Virus record (IMG/VR): IMGVR_UViG_3300037010_003311
Coordinates: 1-64,000 of that record
Direction: 5' to 3' (one strand)
Length of the DNA stretch: 64,000 nt
Position 1 is the first letter of the stretch. The number at the start of each line of letters is the position of its first letter. The translations under genes and the position numbers were made by a program. Shown here in pieces: positions 1 to 9,480 of this stretch. The notes under the pieces are model-generated. The model was not told where the DNA came from. It made no database searches and saw nothing but the letters and a program-made list of their open reading frames with translations.

Positions 1-24
1 ACATAGAAATTATATTATTGAATA
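1..24. repeat. dyad element A, copy 1 (right half only, cut by window edge)
   Basis: ACATAGAAATTATATTATTGAATA matches the right part of copies 2-4. Confidence 0.75.
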
Positions 25-59
25 AAACAAAAAGGCCAAAAGAGCCAAAAAGGAATAAC

Positions 60-218
60 ATGAAAAATGTCGAAATAAAAAATATTGCGCCAAGAGCGCT
101 AGTTGCCAGAACGCGTTATGCGTTCGAGCGTGCAACAATAGGTACGATTGAGTACAAAAAAGCATTAATTGCTTATGATAGGGCATTGAGAAATGCCGAA
201 AGAAGAAGAAGTGCGTAA
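60..218 (+). CDS. small basic hypothetical protein
   Basis: ATG at 60 after AAGGA; followed by a GNRA-loop hairpin. Confidence 0.55.
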   Translation: MKNVEIKNIAPRALVARTRYAFERATIGTIEYKKALIAYDRALRNAERRRSA

Positions 219-226
219 GCACTTCT
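207..226 (+). terminator. hairpin, probable terminator
   Basis: AGAAGTGC-GTAA-GCACTTCT over the stop codon, T-rich downstream. Confidence 0.6.
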
Positions 227-269
227 ATATTTGTACAGTTATTTATTTTTATTAGAGGATAAAAGGTCG

Positions 270-330
270 TTATTTCTATACTACATTAAATAATTATTAA
301 TAGTTAACATAGAAATAATATTATTGAATA
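270..330. repeat. dyad element A, copy 2
   Basis: TTATTTCTATACTA-N21-TAACATAGAAATAA then TATTATTGAATA. Confidence 0.8.
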
Positions 331-539
331 ACTAGATGGAATGATATATTAGAGGGCATTAGTTAGAGTAAATTAAATTGATAAGATTAAGTATTAACCT
401 ACTTAGTCGAGTAATACCAATTTGAGGAGTAGACGTAAAAGTTTATGAATTAGAACGATATTAAAATCAGTATAACACTTTAACAAAATGTGTTCGAAAT
501 GTTGAAGCCCATTTTAGTTTTTGTTTAAATCTATTCTTT

Positions 540-598
540 ATTTCTATGTTACCGTAAATAAATATTATAGTTTAACATAGAAATTATAATATTGAATA
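540..598. repeat. dyad element A, copy 3
   Basis: perfect 12-bp inverted repeat ATTTCTATGTTA/TAACATAGAAAT, 21-bp spacer, then TATAATATTGAATA. Confidence 0.8.
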
Positions 599-625
599 GG
601 AGATAACAGACCCTATTTGCTACCC

Positions 626-657
626 TGATTGGGCCGACGGGCCCAATCAATTTTGTT
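626..657 (+). terminator. GC-rich hairpin (terminator or leader structure)
   Basis: TGATTGGGCC-GACG-GGCCCAATCA followed by ATTTTGTT. Confidence 0.55.
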
Positions 658-679
658 AATTTTTTTAAAAGGTTATATT

Positions 680-1321
680 ATGGAAAATATTAAAAGTGCT
701 GTAGAAAGCTATTACCAAGCGGAAATTGCGCGGAATGATACCGCTCATAATTTGGATCATATTAGATCGGTTGCGGAAAAAGTTATTGTGATCAGAAAAG
801 ATCTTTATCCAGATAAGCCAGAATTTGATTATCTTTTAATTTTGTGCGCATATTTACATGATTTAAAATGTCAGGTAAGTAGAAAAATGCATAATGAATT
901 AGCATCCGAATATATTCTGACTCATTATAAAACTGACAAATTCTTAAAAGAATTATGTCTAGGAGATGTAAAACGAATAGCGAATGCTGTTTATTTGCAT
1001 AGATCATCTATCGAATTAGATGAAATGAATCCAAAGCATAAGGATCCCTTAGTTTTAATTCTACGGTTGGCCGATAAAAACCGACCAGAACTAAGGGAAA
1101 TGTTAAAGAGATCATTAAAGTTTAATAAGTATAATGCAGAAGGAGTTCTTAATCATTTAAAGGAGAAATTCTCTAGAAATGGTTATGCCTCAAAAGATAA
1201 GCATTATGCCGAATATTATAAAAAGGATCTCGAGCAATTGTGGAATAAAATAGATAAATTAACGTTGCGTAATATGGAGCGTTACAGTAAATATTTTAAA
1301 TCAATTGATTCTAATCTTTAA
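680..1321 (+). CDS. HD-domain phosphohydrolase
   Basis: H..H (AHNLDH), LHD, H and late D (LADK) motifs; ATG at 680 after AAAAGG. Confidence 0.8.
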   Translation: MENIKSAVESYYQAEIARNDTAHNLDHIRSVAEKVIVIRKDLYPDKPEFDYLLILCAYLHDLKCQVSRKMHNELASEYILTHYKTDKFLKELCLGDVKRIANAVYLHRSSIELDEMNPKHKDPLVLILRLADKNRPELREMLKRSLKFNKYNAEGVLNHLKEKFSRNGYASKDKHYAEYYKKDLEQLWNKIDKLTLRNMERYSKYFKSIDSNL

Positions 1322-1354
1322 GAAGTAAGTGGTAGTAGAAGGGAGGATATTAGT

Positions 1355-1418
1355 ATATTATTTCTATACTACCTTAAATAATTATTAATAGTTAGTATAG
1401 AAATAATATTATTGAATA
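1355..1418. repeat. dyad element A, copy 4
   Basis: perfect 17-bp inverted repeat ATATTATTTCTATACTA/TAGTATAGAAATAATAT, 21-bp spacer, then TATTGAATA. Confidence 0.85.
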
Positions 1419-1461
1419 AGGACAAAGAACCTTATTGAAATTAAAAGTACGGGAGTACAAA

Positions 1462-1638
1462 ATGAATGCGAAAAAAATAGAAAAAGAAATATTGCAAATA
1501 AAGTTGACAATATCAAAGATTGAATTGGATAGATTTGAATATATCCAAAAAGTTAAAGAGCTAAGAAACACGAGAGAAAGTCTCAAAAATGATTTGGCTA
1601 TGTTGGAGCTTATGCTCCTAGTAGCGGATGATCTATAA
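1462..1638 (+). CDS. small coiled-coil hypothetical protein
   Basis: ATG after GGGAG; helical, charged sequence. Confidence 0.55.
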   Translation: MNAKKIEKEILQIKLTISKIELDRFEYIQKVKELRNTRESLKNDLAMLELMLLVADDL

Positions 1639-1663
1639 CCAAACGGTTATAGATCATCTTTTG
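1627..1663 (+). terminator. intrinsic terminator
   Basis: 14-bp stem GATGATCTATAACC/GGTTATAGATCATC plus TTTTT. Confidence 0.8.
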
Positions 1664-1773
1664 TGACCGGAATGTCGTAAAACTATAACATATAGTGTAA
1701 CTCATTTATCGCAATGAATGAGTTTCTCACCAATTATAGTAAATAAAAAATAACTCAAAAAGAAGGAAATATT

Positions 1774-2448
1774 ATGACACAATCAAATGAAATTAAAAAC
1801 GAGAACAACACAATTACTCCAAAGTATAAACTTGGAGCAGCAAAAGAGTTTAACGGAAAAACTCTTTTTAGAATTATCGCTCTTAGATCTTTCAGCAATG
1901 TAATTGCTGGAGATATTGGCGGCTGGATTGAAAGCGAAGCCAATTTATCCCATGACGGAAACGCATGGGTATTTGACGAAGCCATGGTATATGGTAATGC
2001 CAAAGTATTTGGCAATGCCGAATTATGGGGTAATGCCGAAGTATTCGGCAATGCTCGCGTATACAACTACGCGCGCATTGCCGATAATGCCATGGTATGG
2101 GACAATACCATGGTATATGATTATGCCTTGGTATTGGATGATGCCAAGGTATATGAAAATTCCCATGTATTTGGGAATGGTGTAGTGAGAGGTGACACCT
2201 CAATATTTGGTGACGCTATAGTCACCAAAGCGGCAGTGTCGCTTCCAACCGACGAACATATGATTGTCATCACTGACAATCATATATCGATTGGGGGGAA
2301 AAATTTCCCAATCGAGAATTGGAACGAAACTGATAAAGAAATAGCCAAAATAAATTTTGGCGCTGACAATTGGTGGAAAAAATGGAAACCAATTGCCTTT
2401 GGGATAATTGAGGCTTATCCCAACGGGGCCTTCGTAAAAAGAGGTTAA
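1774..2448 (+). CDS. capped hexapeptide-repeat (beta-helix) protein, dispersed copy
   Basis: N-cap KYKLG..TLFR..ALR.F..GDIGGWIE..NLSH.G.AW, V[YF][GD]NAx repeats, C-cap ITDN.I.IG...WWK.WKPI. Confidence 0.9.
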   Translation: MTQSNEIKNENNTITPKYKLGAAKEFNGKTLFRIIALRSFSNVIAGDIGGWIESEANLSHDGNAWVFDEAMVYGNAKVFGNAELWGNAEVFGNARVYNYARIADNAMVWDNTMVYDYALVLDDAKVYENSHVFGNGVVRGDTSIFGDAIVTKAAVSLPTDEHMIVITDNHISIGGKNFPIENWNETDKEIAKINFGADNWWKKWKPIAFGIIEAYPNGAFVKRG

Positions 2449-2456
2449 CACTATAA

Positions 2457-2500
2457 CGTTTGATGCACTTAATCATACAATCGATTAAGTGTATTAAACG
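2457..2500 (+). terminator. long RNA hairpin (terminator or processing site)
   Basis: 18-bp stem whose two mismatches are G-U pairs on the + strand transcript. Confidence 0.6.
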
Positions 2501-2547
2501 TGAGGTGTTACCATCGAACTTTTTTTATTAATGAAAGGATATATATA

Positions 2548-2796
2548 ATGTTAAAATTAAAAAAAGGACTGAGTTTTGAGGAATTAGGTTTAGTCATTTC
2601 CTCGATAGAAAGTAGAGGGTCGACACTCGACTTGTTTTATATAGACCCAAAAATAATCAAAAAAATTAAAGTTGACGAAATATGTAGATATCTCGTTATT
2701 ATTAATGACGAAATCGAGATTCGTTTTAGTAGATCCGATTATGAGAAAGTCAATCTCAAACAACTCGAAGATTGGATTGATATTTATTTGATTTAA
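2548..2796 (+). CDS. hypothetical protein
   Basis: ATG after AAAGGA. Confidence 0.6.
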   Translation: MLKLKKGLSFEELGLVISSIESRGSTLDLFYIDPKIIKKIKVDEICRYLVIINDEIEIRFSRSDYEKVNLKQLEDWIDIYLI

Positions 2797-2809
2797 TTGG
2801 AGGATAAAT

Positions 2810-3790
2810 ATGAACATATTAAGGTTTGCCATTTTAGTGGCTATTTCTGCAGCAATTCTTAATGCAACCCCAGACTGGTTCCAAGATCGGTCTTTAATTG
2901 CCGATAAAACTTTTATTGGTTACGGTGAAGATGCTAATCTTCAAAATGCGGTTACCTTAGCTAGAGCTGATATTAGTAATCAGTTACAGACGAAGGTTAA
3001 TAGTAATATTAGCATTACACAAGCTGATCATAATGGTGTAATCAGTAGTGATTCTGTGCAGCAAAATGACTCAACTAGTGCTTCGGTGTTAGAGGAGTCC
3101 CAAATCATTAAGCAATCATACCAAGATGGTAGATGGTTTGTTGCGGTACAGTATCAAGAACTTACCCAAATAAATCGCTTTGTAAAAAAAGTTGAAGCTA
3201 GTAAGGGCTCAGAAAATATAACTGAGCACCAAAATCAATATTTTGTACATACTTATTTAGGTATGGAACTTAATAAGAAACTTGGTAAGATGGATATCGG
3301 TCTCCAGCGTCAAGCTGGCGAATGGTATCTTAATTATAAAGATATCTATCAAAAAATAGATATCAATATTCCAGATCTTTTTATTACGTTTTCTACTACT
3401 GAAGCAAATAGATTAGATATTGAAAAAAGCAGTAGGTTCGAAAGAATCATCAATGATGGCGAACCAGTTCACTTTCACCCAGTATCTAAAAAAAGGTATT
3501 GGAGCCTATTTGCTATGTCACCAGAGGGTGAAGTATATGTTATAGAAGACAACATGCCTATAAACATGAAACCAGGAAATTTTAATTTCAGGAAGAAAAC
3601 TGGGGACACAGAACGTCCAACAATGTTTGTAGCAGTCTTTAGTAATAGTCGTATAGATAACTCATACTTCCGTTTAATGAATGGTTATGAGTCATTAGAT
3701 ACTTACAAAAACGATAAAGTTCGTTTTAATAAATTTATCGAATTTTTAGATGACAAAGAATATGTCACTAAAAAAATGATAATTAAATAA
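2810..3790 (+). CDS. secreted LPP20-like domain protein
   Basis: N-terminal signal peptide; PDWF..FIGYG..A..ARADISNQLQTKV pattern. Confidence 0.6.
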   Translation: MNILRFAILVAISAAILNATPDWFQDRSLIADKTFIGYGEDANLQNAVTLARADISNQLQTKVNSNISITQADHNGVISSDSVQQNDSTSASVLEESQIIKQSYQDGRWFVAVQYQELTQINRFVKKVEASKGSENITEHQNQYFVHTYLGMELNKKLGKMDIGLQRQAGEWYLNYKDIYQKIDINIPDLFITFSTTEANRLDIEKSSRFERIINDGEPVHFHPVSKKRYWSLFAMSPEGEVYVIEDNMPINMKPGNFNFRKKTGDTERPTMFVAVFSNSRIDNSYFRLMNGYESLDTYKNDKVRFNKFIEFLDDKEYVTKKMIIK

Positions 3791-3803
3791 AAAAGGAGAA
3801 ATA

Positions 3804-4565
3804 ATGAAAAAATTGTTAGTTGCGAGTATGAGTGGTGGATTAGATTCAGCCACTTTGGTCCGTAAAGCATTAGGGGAAGGATATATAGTTCTTCCCGTAA
3901 ATTTTCAATATGGTCAAAAAAACTATATTGAATCCGTCGCTCAAAGCAATCTTATCGAATTTTTCGATAAGAAATTTCCAAACCAAATTTTAAAAACGGT
4001 TAGTATAGACACCACCCGTATTATTTCGGACTTTATTGTCCAATACCAAAGTGCTAGAGATAGTGGTTTGGTATTGGAGAAAACCGGGGAGGAGTTCTAT
4101 ACCCCAAGCCGAAATCTTTTATTTATGACCCTATGTGCGGTCATAGGTGAAATTACGGCAATAGGTAGTGGATACGATGAGATCAGTATTGGTCTCGGTA
4201 TTCATAAACATAGTAGTGAAAACTACAAAAAGGACTACTGGGATATAACCCCAGAGTTCGTAAACCGGTTACAAAACCTGCTGGAGTTAAATGATAGTGT
4301 GAAAATCAATATCTATTCTCCATATGTGGAAGAATTCAAATCTGGTATCATTCAAGATGCCGAAGATATGAATCTTCCATTTTCTTTAACTTGGTCATGC
4401 TATGATCCGGTTTTAGAAATCCACGAAGATGGATTTTCTTCGAAAAAAAATATTTTTAAACCATGTAAAGCATGCGAAGCATGTCTCGAAAGAGATTCAC
4501 AAGCCCGTAAAATTGGAATATATGGAATTAATGATTATTTCATAGAAACTAAAATAGCAAACTAA
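3804..4565 (+). CDS. queC: 7-cyano-7-deazaguanine synthase
   Basis: SGGLDS PP-loop, YGQK, P.RN, TWSCY and PCxxCxxC zinc motif. Confidence 0.93.
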   Translation: MKKLLVASMSGGLDSATLVRKALGEGYIVLPVNFQYGQKNYIESVAQSNLIEFFDKKFPNQILKTVSIDTTRIISDFIVQYQSARDSGLVLEKTGEEFYTPSRNLLFMTLCAVIGEITAIGSGYDEISIGLGIHKHSSENYKKDYWDITPEFVNRLQNLLELNDSVKINIYSPYVEEFKSGIIQDAEDMNLPFSLTWSCYDPVLEIHEDGFSSKKNIFKPCKACEACLERDSQARKIGIYGINDYFIETKIAN

Positions 4566-4645
4566 AACGATAGATGGTGTGGTAGTTGTAGGGATATCGT
4601 AATGATATTTCTATACTACTTTTCCTGTCGCAAAAAAGGATATTA

Positions 4646-4954
4646 ATGATAAAATTATCGTACATAAATGCCCCAGAAACTAGTGTGGGTGATATTATGA
4701 TAAAAGGGTTTGGTTCTAAAAAATATAAATTTAGTGTTTGTTTACATAATGGTATCAATCATGACCAAAGGATTAAGATAATACATGATTCTAACCCTAT
4801 ATCTTATAATCCAGGGAATGAGTATATACTATTGATTAAGACGCACCTTTTTTCGGTATGGCGTTATCCAAATGGATATGATTATTTATTTATAATAGAT
4901 CATCATCAAGTTATAGTTGATCCATTTATACCTAAGTGGTGTTATTTGGATTAA
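4646..4954 (+). CDS. hypothetical protein
   Basis: ORF with AAGGA RBS. Confidence 0.55.
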   Translation: MIKLSYINAPETSVGDIMIKGFGSKKYKFSVCLHNGINHDQRIKIIHDSNPISYNPGNEYILLIKTHLFSVWRYPNGYDYLFIIDHHQVIVDPFIPKWCYLD

Positions 4955-4989
4955 ACCTAATGCCCAAAGTGGTTCTAATAAGGAAAAAA

Positions 4990-5544
4990 ATGAAAGAGGA
5001 AACATTAAATCTAACAAGCGTTAAAAACGACTTGCAAAAAATTAAAGATAGTAATAGTAAAATAATCTATCTTTATAACGCGATAAGCTTTATGTTTAAT
5101 TTACTAAAAGAGAAAAATCTTTTAATTAAATATTGGCGAGAGCGAGCAGAAGCCCTTGGGGATAATATCCTAGTCGAAAAAGATGCGGAAATTATTAAAC
5201 TGAAGGAGCAGTTACAGAAATCCAAATGTAATCTGGAGCAGGCCAAGGCCACAGAAAAATTGTTGCTTGAGAAGCTAGCATCTTCACTCAAACAAGTCGA
5301 AGAAACATTCAAAGTTCTTAAACAAGAGCGACAGTTGAATAAATTAGGTGATATGACGGAAGCTTGGAAAAATCAAGTAAAAGTTTTAGTTGATAATGAA
5401 TTAACTATAACTACCACTAACACTACTACAATATCTTCTAGTATTCCAATCCGAGAAATTAAAGATGAAGACCGTCCAAGTTCTCGGATATTATATAAAC
5501 AGCATACTAGTTATAATAAATATGGTAATGGTTTTAGATATTAA
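4990..5544 (+). CDS. coiled-coil hypothetical protein
   Basis: ATG after AAGGA; heptad-rich. Confidence 0.6.
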   Translation: MKEETLNLTSVKNDLQKIKDSNSKIIYLYNAISFMFNLLKEKNLLIKYWRERAEALGDNILVEKDAEIIKLKEQLQKSKCNLEQAKATEKLLLEKLASSLKQVEETFKVLKQERQLNKLGDMTEAWKNQVKVLVDNELTITTTNTTTISSSIPIREIKDEDRPSSRILYKQHTSYNKYGNGFRY

Positions 5545-5584
5545 CTGGCGCATAGTAGTCGAATTTCAAATTAAAGGACTAACA

Positions 5585-6190
5585 ATGAAAATCATTACAA
5601 AATTTTTACTAACCTTTATGTTGTTGGTAAGTACCGCAATTACATTAAATGGAGCAGTGGCTCCGGCTGCCGGAGCCACTGAGGTAATTATTAATATTAG
5701 AGATGGTGACGTTTCAATAAACGGTGGTAACGTTATTTATAAAAAATCAACAACTACTAATTTACTGGACGTATTATTATCGCATACAAATGCTGGTGAT
5801 TCAAAACCAAACGATAATAATAATAATCAATCTATGATTGACAATATTATTATAGGGAAAAGTACTTATAAATTTATAGGTACTCCAGTTATCACTTTAA
5901 CTGGTACGGGAACTGGTGCAAAGTTTTATGGAAAATTAAATAATGATAGAACATTAAATTCCATTTTAACAGTTTCTCCTGGTTCTGGTTATACTCCGGG
6001 TAATGTTGTATCTATTACTGATAGCGCAACTGGAAAAGTAGTACCTATAACCACAGGTGTAGTTTTAGATAGACAAGTTAAGTTTGGAGATGGGGGTGGT
6101 AAGTTTTGGGATGGGGGTGGTTCATACTTCTCAAGTTTAGTTGTGGCGATTATGATAGTAATGTTAGCATTTGTATTCCTCTCATTGTAA
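5585..6190 (+). CDS. exported, C-terminally membrane-anchored protein
   Basis: signal peptide, Gly/Thr-rich core, hydrophobic C-terminus. Confidence 0.65.
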   Translation: MKIITKFLLTFMLLVSTAITLNGAVAPAAGATEVIINIRDGDVSINGGNVIYKKSTTTNLLDVLLSHTNAGDSKPNDNNNNQSMIDNIIIGKSTYKFIGTPVITLTGTGTGAKFYGKLNNDRTLNSILTVSPGSGYTPGNVVSITDSATGKVVPITTGVVLDRQVKFGDGGGKFWDGGGSYFSSLVVAIMIVMLAFVFLSL

Positions 6191-6292
6191 AAGTTGGTAA
6201 CCAGTCATTAAGTGTTGAGGTGAGATTTGTAACAGCTACCGGCAATGGTTTTAGATATTAGTCGAACTCAAATAATTTTTAAAGGATAATAA

Positions 6293-6550
6293 ATGTTAAT
6301 AGAAAAACAATCAGACCTACTTGCTGAGAGTGTAGCGAATTGTATGGTTGATCCACAAAAGGCGCTGGAAGATGCTTTCGGTGATGAGTACTGTGAATTG
6401 GCTCAAGCCATAGTGGAACCAAAAGGTATAGACGATGAGTACTATACCTTTATGGAAGTTGATCCCTATAACTGGATGGGGTTTGTATTAACCGTAATAG
6501 GGAGTAAGTACAAAGATTTTGTACAACATATTATCGATAATGGTTATTAA
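6293..6550 (+). CDS. acidic hypothetical protein
   Basis: RBS plus ORF. Confidence 0.6.
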   Translation: MLIEKQSDLLAESVANCMVDPQKALEDAFGDEYCELAQAIVEPKGIDDEYYTFMEVDPYNWMGFVLTVIGSKYKDFVQHIIDNGY

Positions 6551-6634
6551 ATAATAATTAAATACCAATCCAAATTAAATCTATTTGGAAAAGGTTAGAT
6601 TAGTAACTTATAATAACTTAATTCGAATAAGGAG

Positions 6635-7393
6635 GTGATGAAAGAAAAACTAAATACCAAACCAAAACTACAAAGGAGAAATATGACACAAAGTTCCCGG
6701 AGCCATTTTGTGAGCACTAGGAAAGCTTGCGAAACGGAAAACTTATTTAAAACATTTAGTTCTGGCATAAGAAAATATTTCTATATTTTCTTAATTTTCG
6801 TGGTAATGATTATTGGGGTATTCGAATATACGGAATCCGAATTTGAACATAGTACGAGATTTAACGTTTATGAGAAAAAGATACAACAATTGCAACAGCA
6901 AGTCATAGAAGCTGAAAAAGCTAAAGTGGCTGAACAGCAACAAGTTGCCAAGTTAAAGAAAATTGTTGCCCTTCAAGATCAAAAACGCACGCAGATTAAT
7001 AGTATTATTAAGGACTTAGATCGGTGTAAACATCCGAAGATAGCATTGGGTATTGGGTTTAGCGAATCGCACTTAAGATACGATGTTAAACATCCAACAA
7101 CCGATACACATGGAATAGGTGGTATTAAAGATGGGTACTGGAGTAAACAGCTTCGTGCCCATAATATACCACTGAATAGTCTGCAGGCAATAGACTATGT
7201 TTTTAATGCTTCATTAAAACTGAAAGGTAATAATTATGAAGCATTAAAGTTCTATAAAGGTTCAAAAGATAATGATTATAGTTATCGTTTGACTAAAACC
7301 TATATAGAAAAGGTTGAGCATTCGCCAAACTTTAAAAAGTTAATTGCTATCAATCAATTGCAAACCAACCTTAAGCGCGAGGTTGGTATTTAA
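6635..7393 (+). CDS. membrane-anchored coiled-coil protein with lysozyme/transglycosylase-like domain
   Basis: TM helix, coiled coil, IALGIGFSES catalytic-Glu-like motif, GIGGI, YKG. Confidence 0.55.
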   Translation: MMKEKLNTKPKLQRRNMTQSSRSHFVSTRKACETENLFKTFSSGIRKYFYIFLIFVVMIIGVFEYTESEFEHSTRFNVYEKKIQQLQQQVIEAEKAKVAEQQQVAKLKKIVALQDQKRTQINSIIKDLDRCKHPKIALGIGFSESHLRYDVKHPTTDTHGIGGIKDGYWSKQLRAHNIPLNSLQAIDYVFNASLKLKGNNYEALKFYKGSKDNDYSYRLTKTYIEKVEHSPNFKKLIAINQLQTNLKREVGI

Positions 7394-7404
7394 TTTTTAG
7401 CGCT

Positions 7405-7420
7405 GGGGGGTTCGCCCTCC
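7405..7420 (+). terminator. UUCG-tetraloop hairpin
   Basis: GGGGGG-TTCG-CCCTCC between genes; followed by an A tract, not a U tract. Confidence 0.45.
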
Positions 7421-7436
7421 TAAAAAAAGGTTAAAG

Positions 7437-7820
7437 ATGGAAGAAGAAAATACCAATAACTTGGGTGATCCAAAAGTGGTTGCCCAAAACCAAGTAAAAA
7501 AAATTGTGAACCATTTTATTTGGTCAAAAAATAGGACTCATTATTTAAAATGGGAATTATTTCACCATTTAGATAAACATTGGTCAATACGATTTTATTT
7601 TACTTTCGATCATAAAAAAGAGTATGTTGGCAAATGGGTGCTTAAGCATCATGTAGACAAAGTTTATATTATATTAACCAGCGGGGAAGCTCGCAGGTAT
7701 ATACAATATTATGCAAAACAACTAGAACCAAAAGAGTTCTGGTCAGTGAGAGAGGGTAAACGTTATCGTAGGTCTATAATTGACCATAGTACGTTGCAAT
7801 CACAATTTATATTAGAATAA
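7437..7820 (+). CDS. hypothetical protein
   Basis: ORF with RBS. Confidence 0.6.
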   Translation: MEEENTNNLGDPKVVAQNQVKKIVNHFIWSKNRTHYLKWELFHHLDKHWSIRFYFTFDHKKEYVGKWVLKHHVDKVYIILTSGEARRYIQYYAKQLEPKEFWSVREGKRYRRSIIDHSTLQSQFILE

Positions 7821-7840
7821 TTAAGTAATGAGGTATCAGG

Positions 7841-8380
7841 ATGAAAAAATTAGTTACCTTCCTATTCGCTATAGGTTTAGCTACTAATTTAGTAGCTAAA
7901 AAAATAAGCGTGTCACCAGTTGAGGTCTGGAATATTGCCAGTAAACATACTGACCAACCAGATGTGTTGGTTGGTATTGCTTACACTGAAAGCTCTTTTG
8001 GTAAAAGCAAGATTGGGGATATCCCAAAAGATGGAAACCTCTCTAAAGCCTCTTTTGGGGTATGCCAAATAAAACTGGAAACGGTAAGATTTCTTGCAAA
8101 GCGGGATAAATCATTAGCTTGGGCTAAAACAGTTAATGATCGCACTTTAATTTCGGAACTTGTGAATAATGATAAATTTAATATCATTGTTGCCAGCAAA
8201 TATATAAATTGGCTTAAACAACATAACTCCAACGAAATTAAAACAATAGGTGCCATCAGTAGATATAATGGTGGCAATAATAATATCGTTTATATAAACC
8301 GTATTATGATCGCTAGAGACATGTATATGCCAATGGTAGATACTGGTCTAGCTATACAAAATGCATTAGCATTAAACTAG
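7841..8380 (+). CDS. lytic transglycosylase (SLT family) with signal peptide
   Basis: IAYTESS, FGVCQI and AISRYNGG motifs. Confidence 0.85.
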   Translation: MKKLVTFLFAIGLATNLVAKKISVSPVEVWNIASKHTDQPDVLVGIAYTESSFGKSKIGDIPKDGNLSKASFGVCQIKLETVRFLAKRDKSLAWAKTVNDRTLISELVNNDKFNIIVASKYINWLKQHNSNEIKTIGAISRYNGGNNNIVYINRIMIARDMYMPMVDTGLAIQNALALN

Positions 8381-8389
8381 GAGTAAATT

Positions 8390-8593
8390 ATGTTAGAATC
8401 TCTCTTAATGGTGGTAATATGCCATCGGCAAGTAACTGCTACCGAAAAACTTAGTGAGGATGGTTGCAAAAAAGCAACCGAATACATTATGGATAAAAGT
8501 AGCTGTACAGCAGAATGTGTACCAATTGGTGGCCTTAAAGGCTTAAAAGATAGGGCTAAGAATGGTCTTAAAAAAGTGGAGGAAAAATTATAA
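8390..8593 (+). CDS. hypothetical protein
   Basis: GGAG RBS; stop overlaps next start. Confidence 0.55.
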   Translation: MLESLLMVVICHRQVTATEKLSEDGCKKATEYIMDKSSCTAECVPIGGLKGLKDRAKNGLKKVEEKL

Positions 8594-9480
8594 TGAAAAA
8601 AAATAAAGTTTCCAAAGCTAAGATTCTTAGTCTTTTAAAACGAATTGCAGAAGCTTCATTTACTATAACTAAATGGAATAATAAAATAGAAGTTAGGTTC
8701 CAGACTCCATTTTATAAAGATCATTACACTTGGAGGAATAATGAAGTAAAATGGATTGCTCCAGATAATAACCTTATCTGGGAAAGTAGTAGATCAAATG
8801 TATTAACCCTCAACAATGTTACAAATAACATTCTTACAAACGAGGAAAAAATGTTATTTGAACGATGTGGGTTCCAAGTTATGGGTAATGATGTTATTTT
8901 GTTTATGAGTAATTTGGAGTTATCTATTAATATTGGAACTGAGGAAAGCCTTAAAGAAATTTTTATTGCTGCAAAAAACCGGGCAGAAAAAGAAGCCAGT
9001 AAGATCACAGATCCAACAAAGTTTCATTTTAAAAAAAAGGCAATTGGTACCAATTACAAGGTGGAAGCTTTTATTCAAAAGGATGGCCGACCAACATTAT
9101 CTACTCTAATCTTAAATGAGAACGAACTTAGTTTCGTGCAGGAAGCCATAAAACTCTTCAAAAATAAGAAAGCCACTACTACCAAAATTGTAGATTTTTT
9201 TATTAAGTACAAATTTGAAGTTTGTAAAAATGTAAGATCCAGTCGGGATAATGGGTATGGTAGTTACACCTATTTCAATGCTCAATATAAATTAATACTA
9301 CCAGGTCCTGCAGTGGATCACACCAACCAGCAGGTTCTAGATTTTAAAAAGATTATGCCAATTCTAACGGATGCCTATCGTATTTATATGCAACCGAGGT
9401 CTGGTTTATATCTTGATAATGAAACGAGCACTGGATGGGCAATATATAGTACTCAAGGGGGATACACATATGTTGGATAA
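8593..9480 (+). CDS. hypothetical protein
   Basis: 295-aa ORF. Confidence 0.7.
   Translation: MKKNKVSKAKILSLLKRIAEASFTITKWNNKIEVRFQTPFYKDHYTWRNNEVKWIAPDNNLIWESSRSNVLTLNNVTNNILTNEEKMLFERCGFQVMGNDVILFMSNLELSINIGTEESLKEIFIAAKNRAEKEASKITDPTKFHFKKKAIGTNYKVEAFIQKDGRPTLSTLILNENELSFVQEAIKLFKNKKATTTKIVDFFIKYKFEVCKNVRSSRDNGYGSYTYFNAQYKLILPGPAVDHTNQQVLDFKKIMPILTDAYRIYMQPRSGLYLDNETSTGWAIYSTQGGYTYVG

Noticed and set aside
1-1418. CRISPR array or integron attC sites
   Set aside because: Spacing is irregular (about 270-820 bp) and includes a whole gene; no cas or integrase gene; no consistent RYYYAAC/GTTRRRY boxes.
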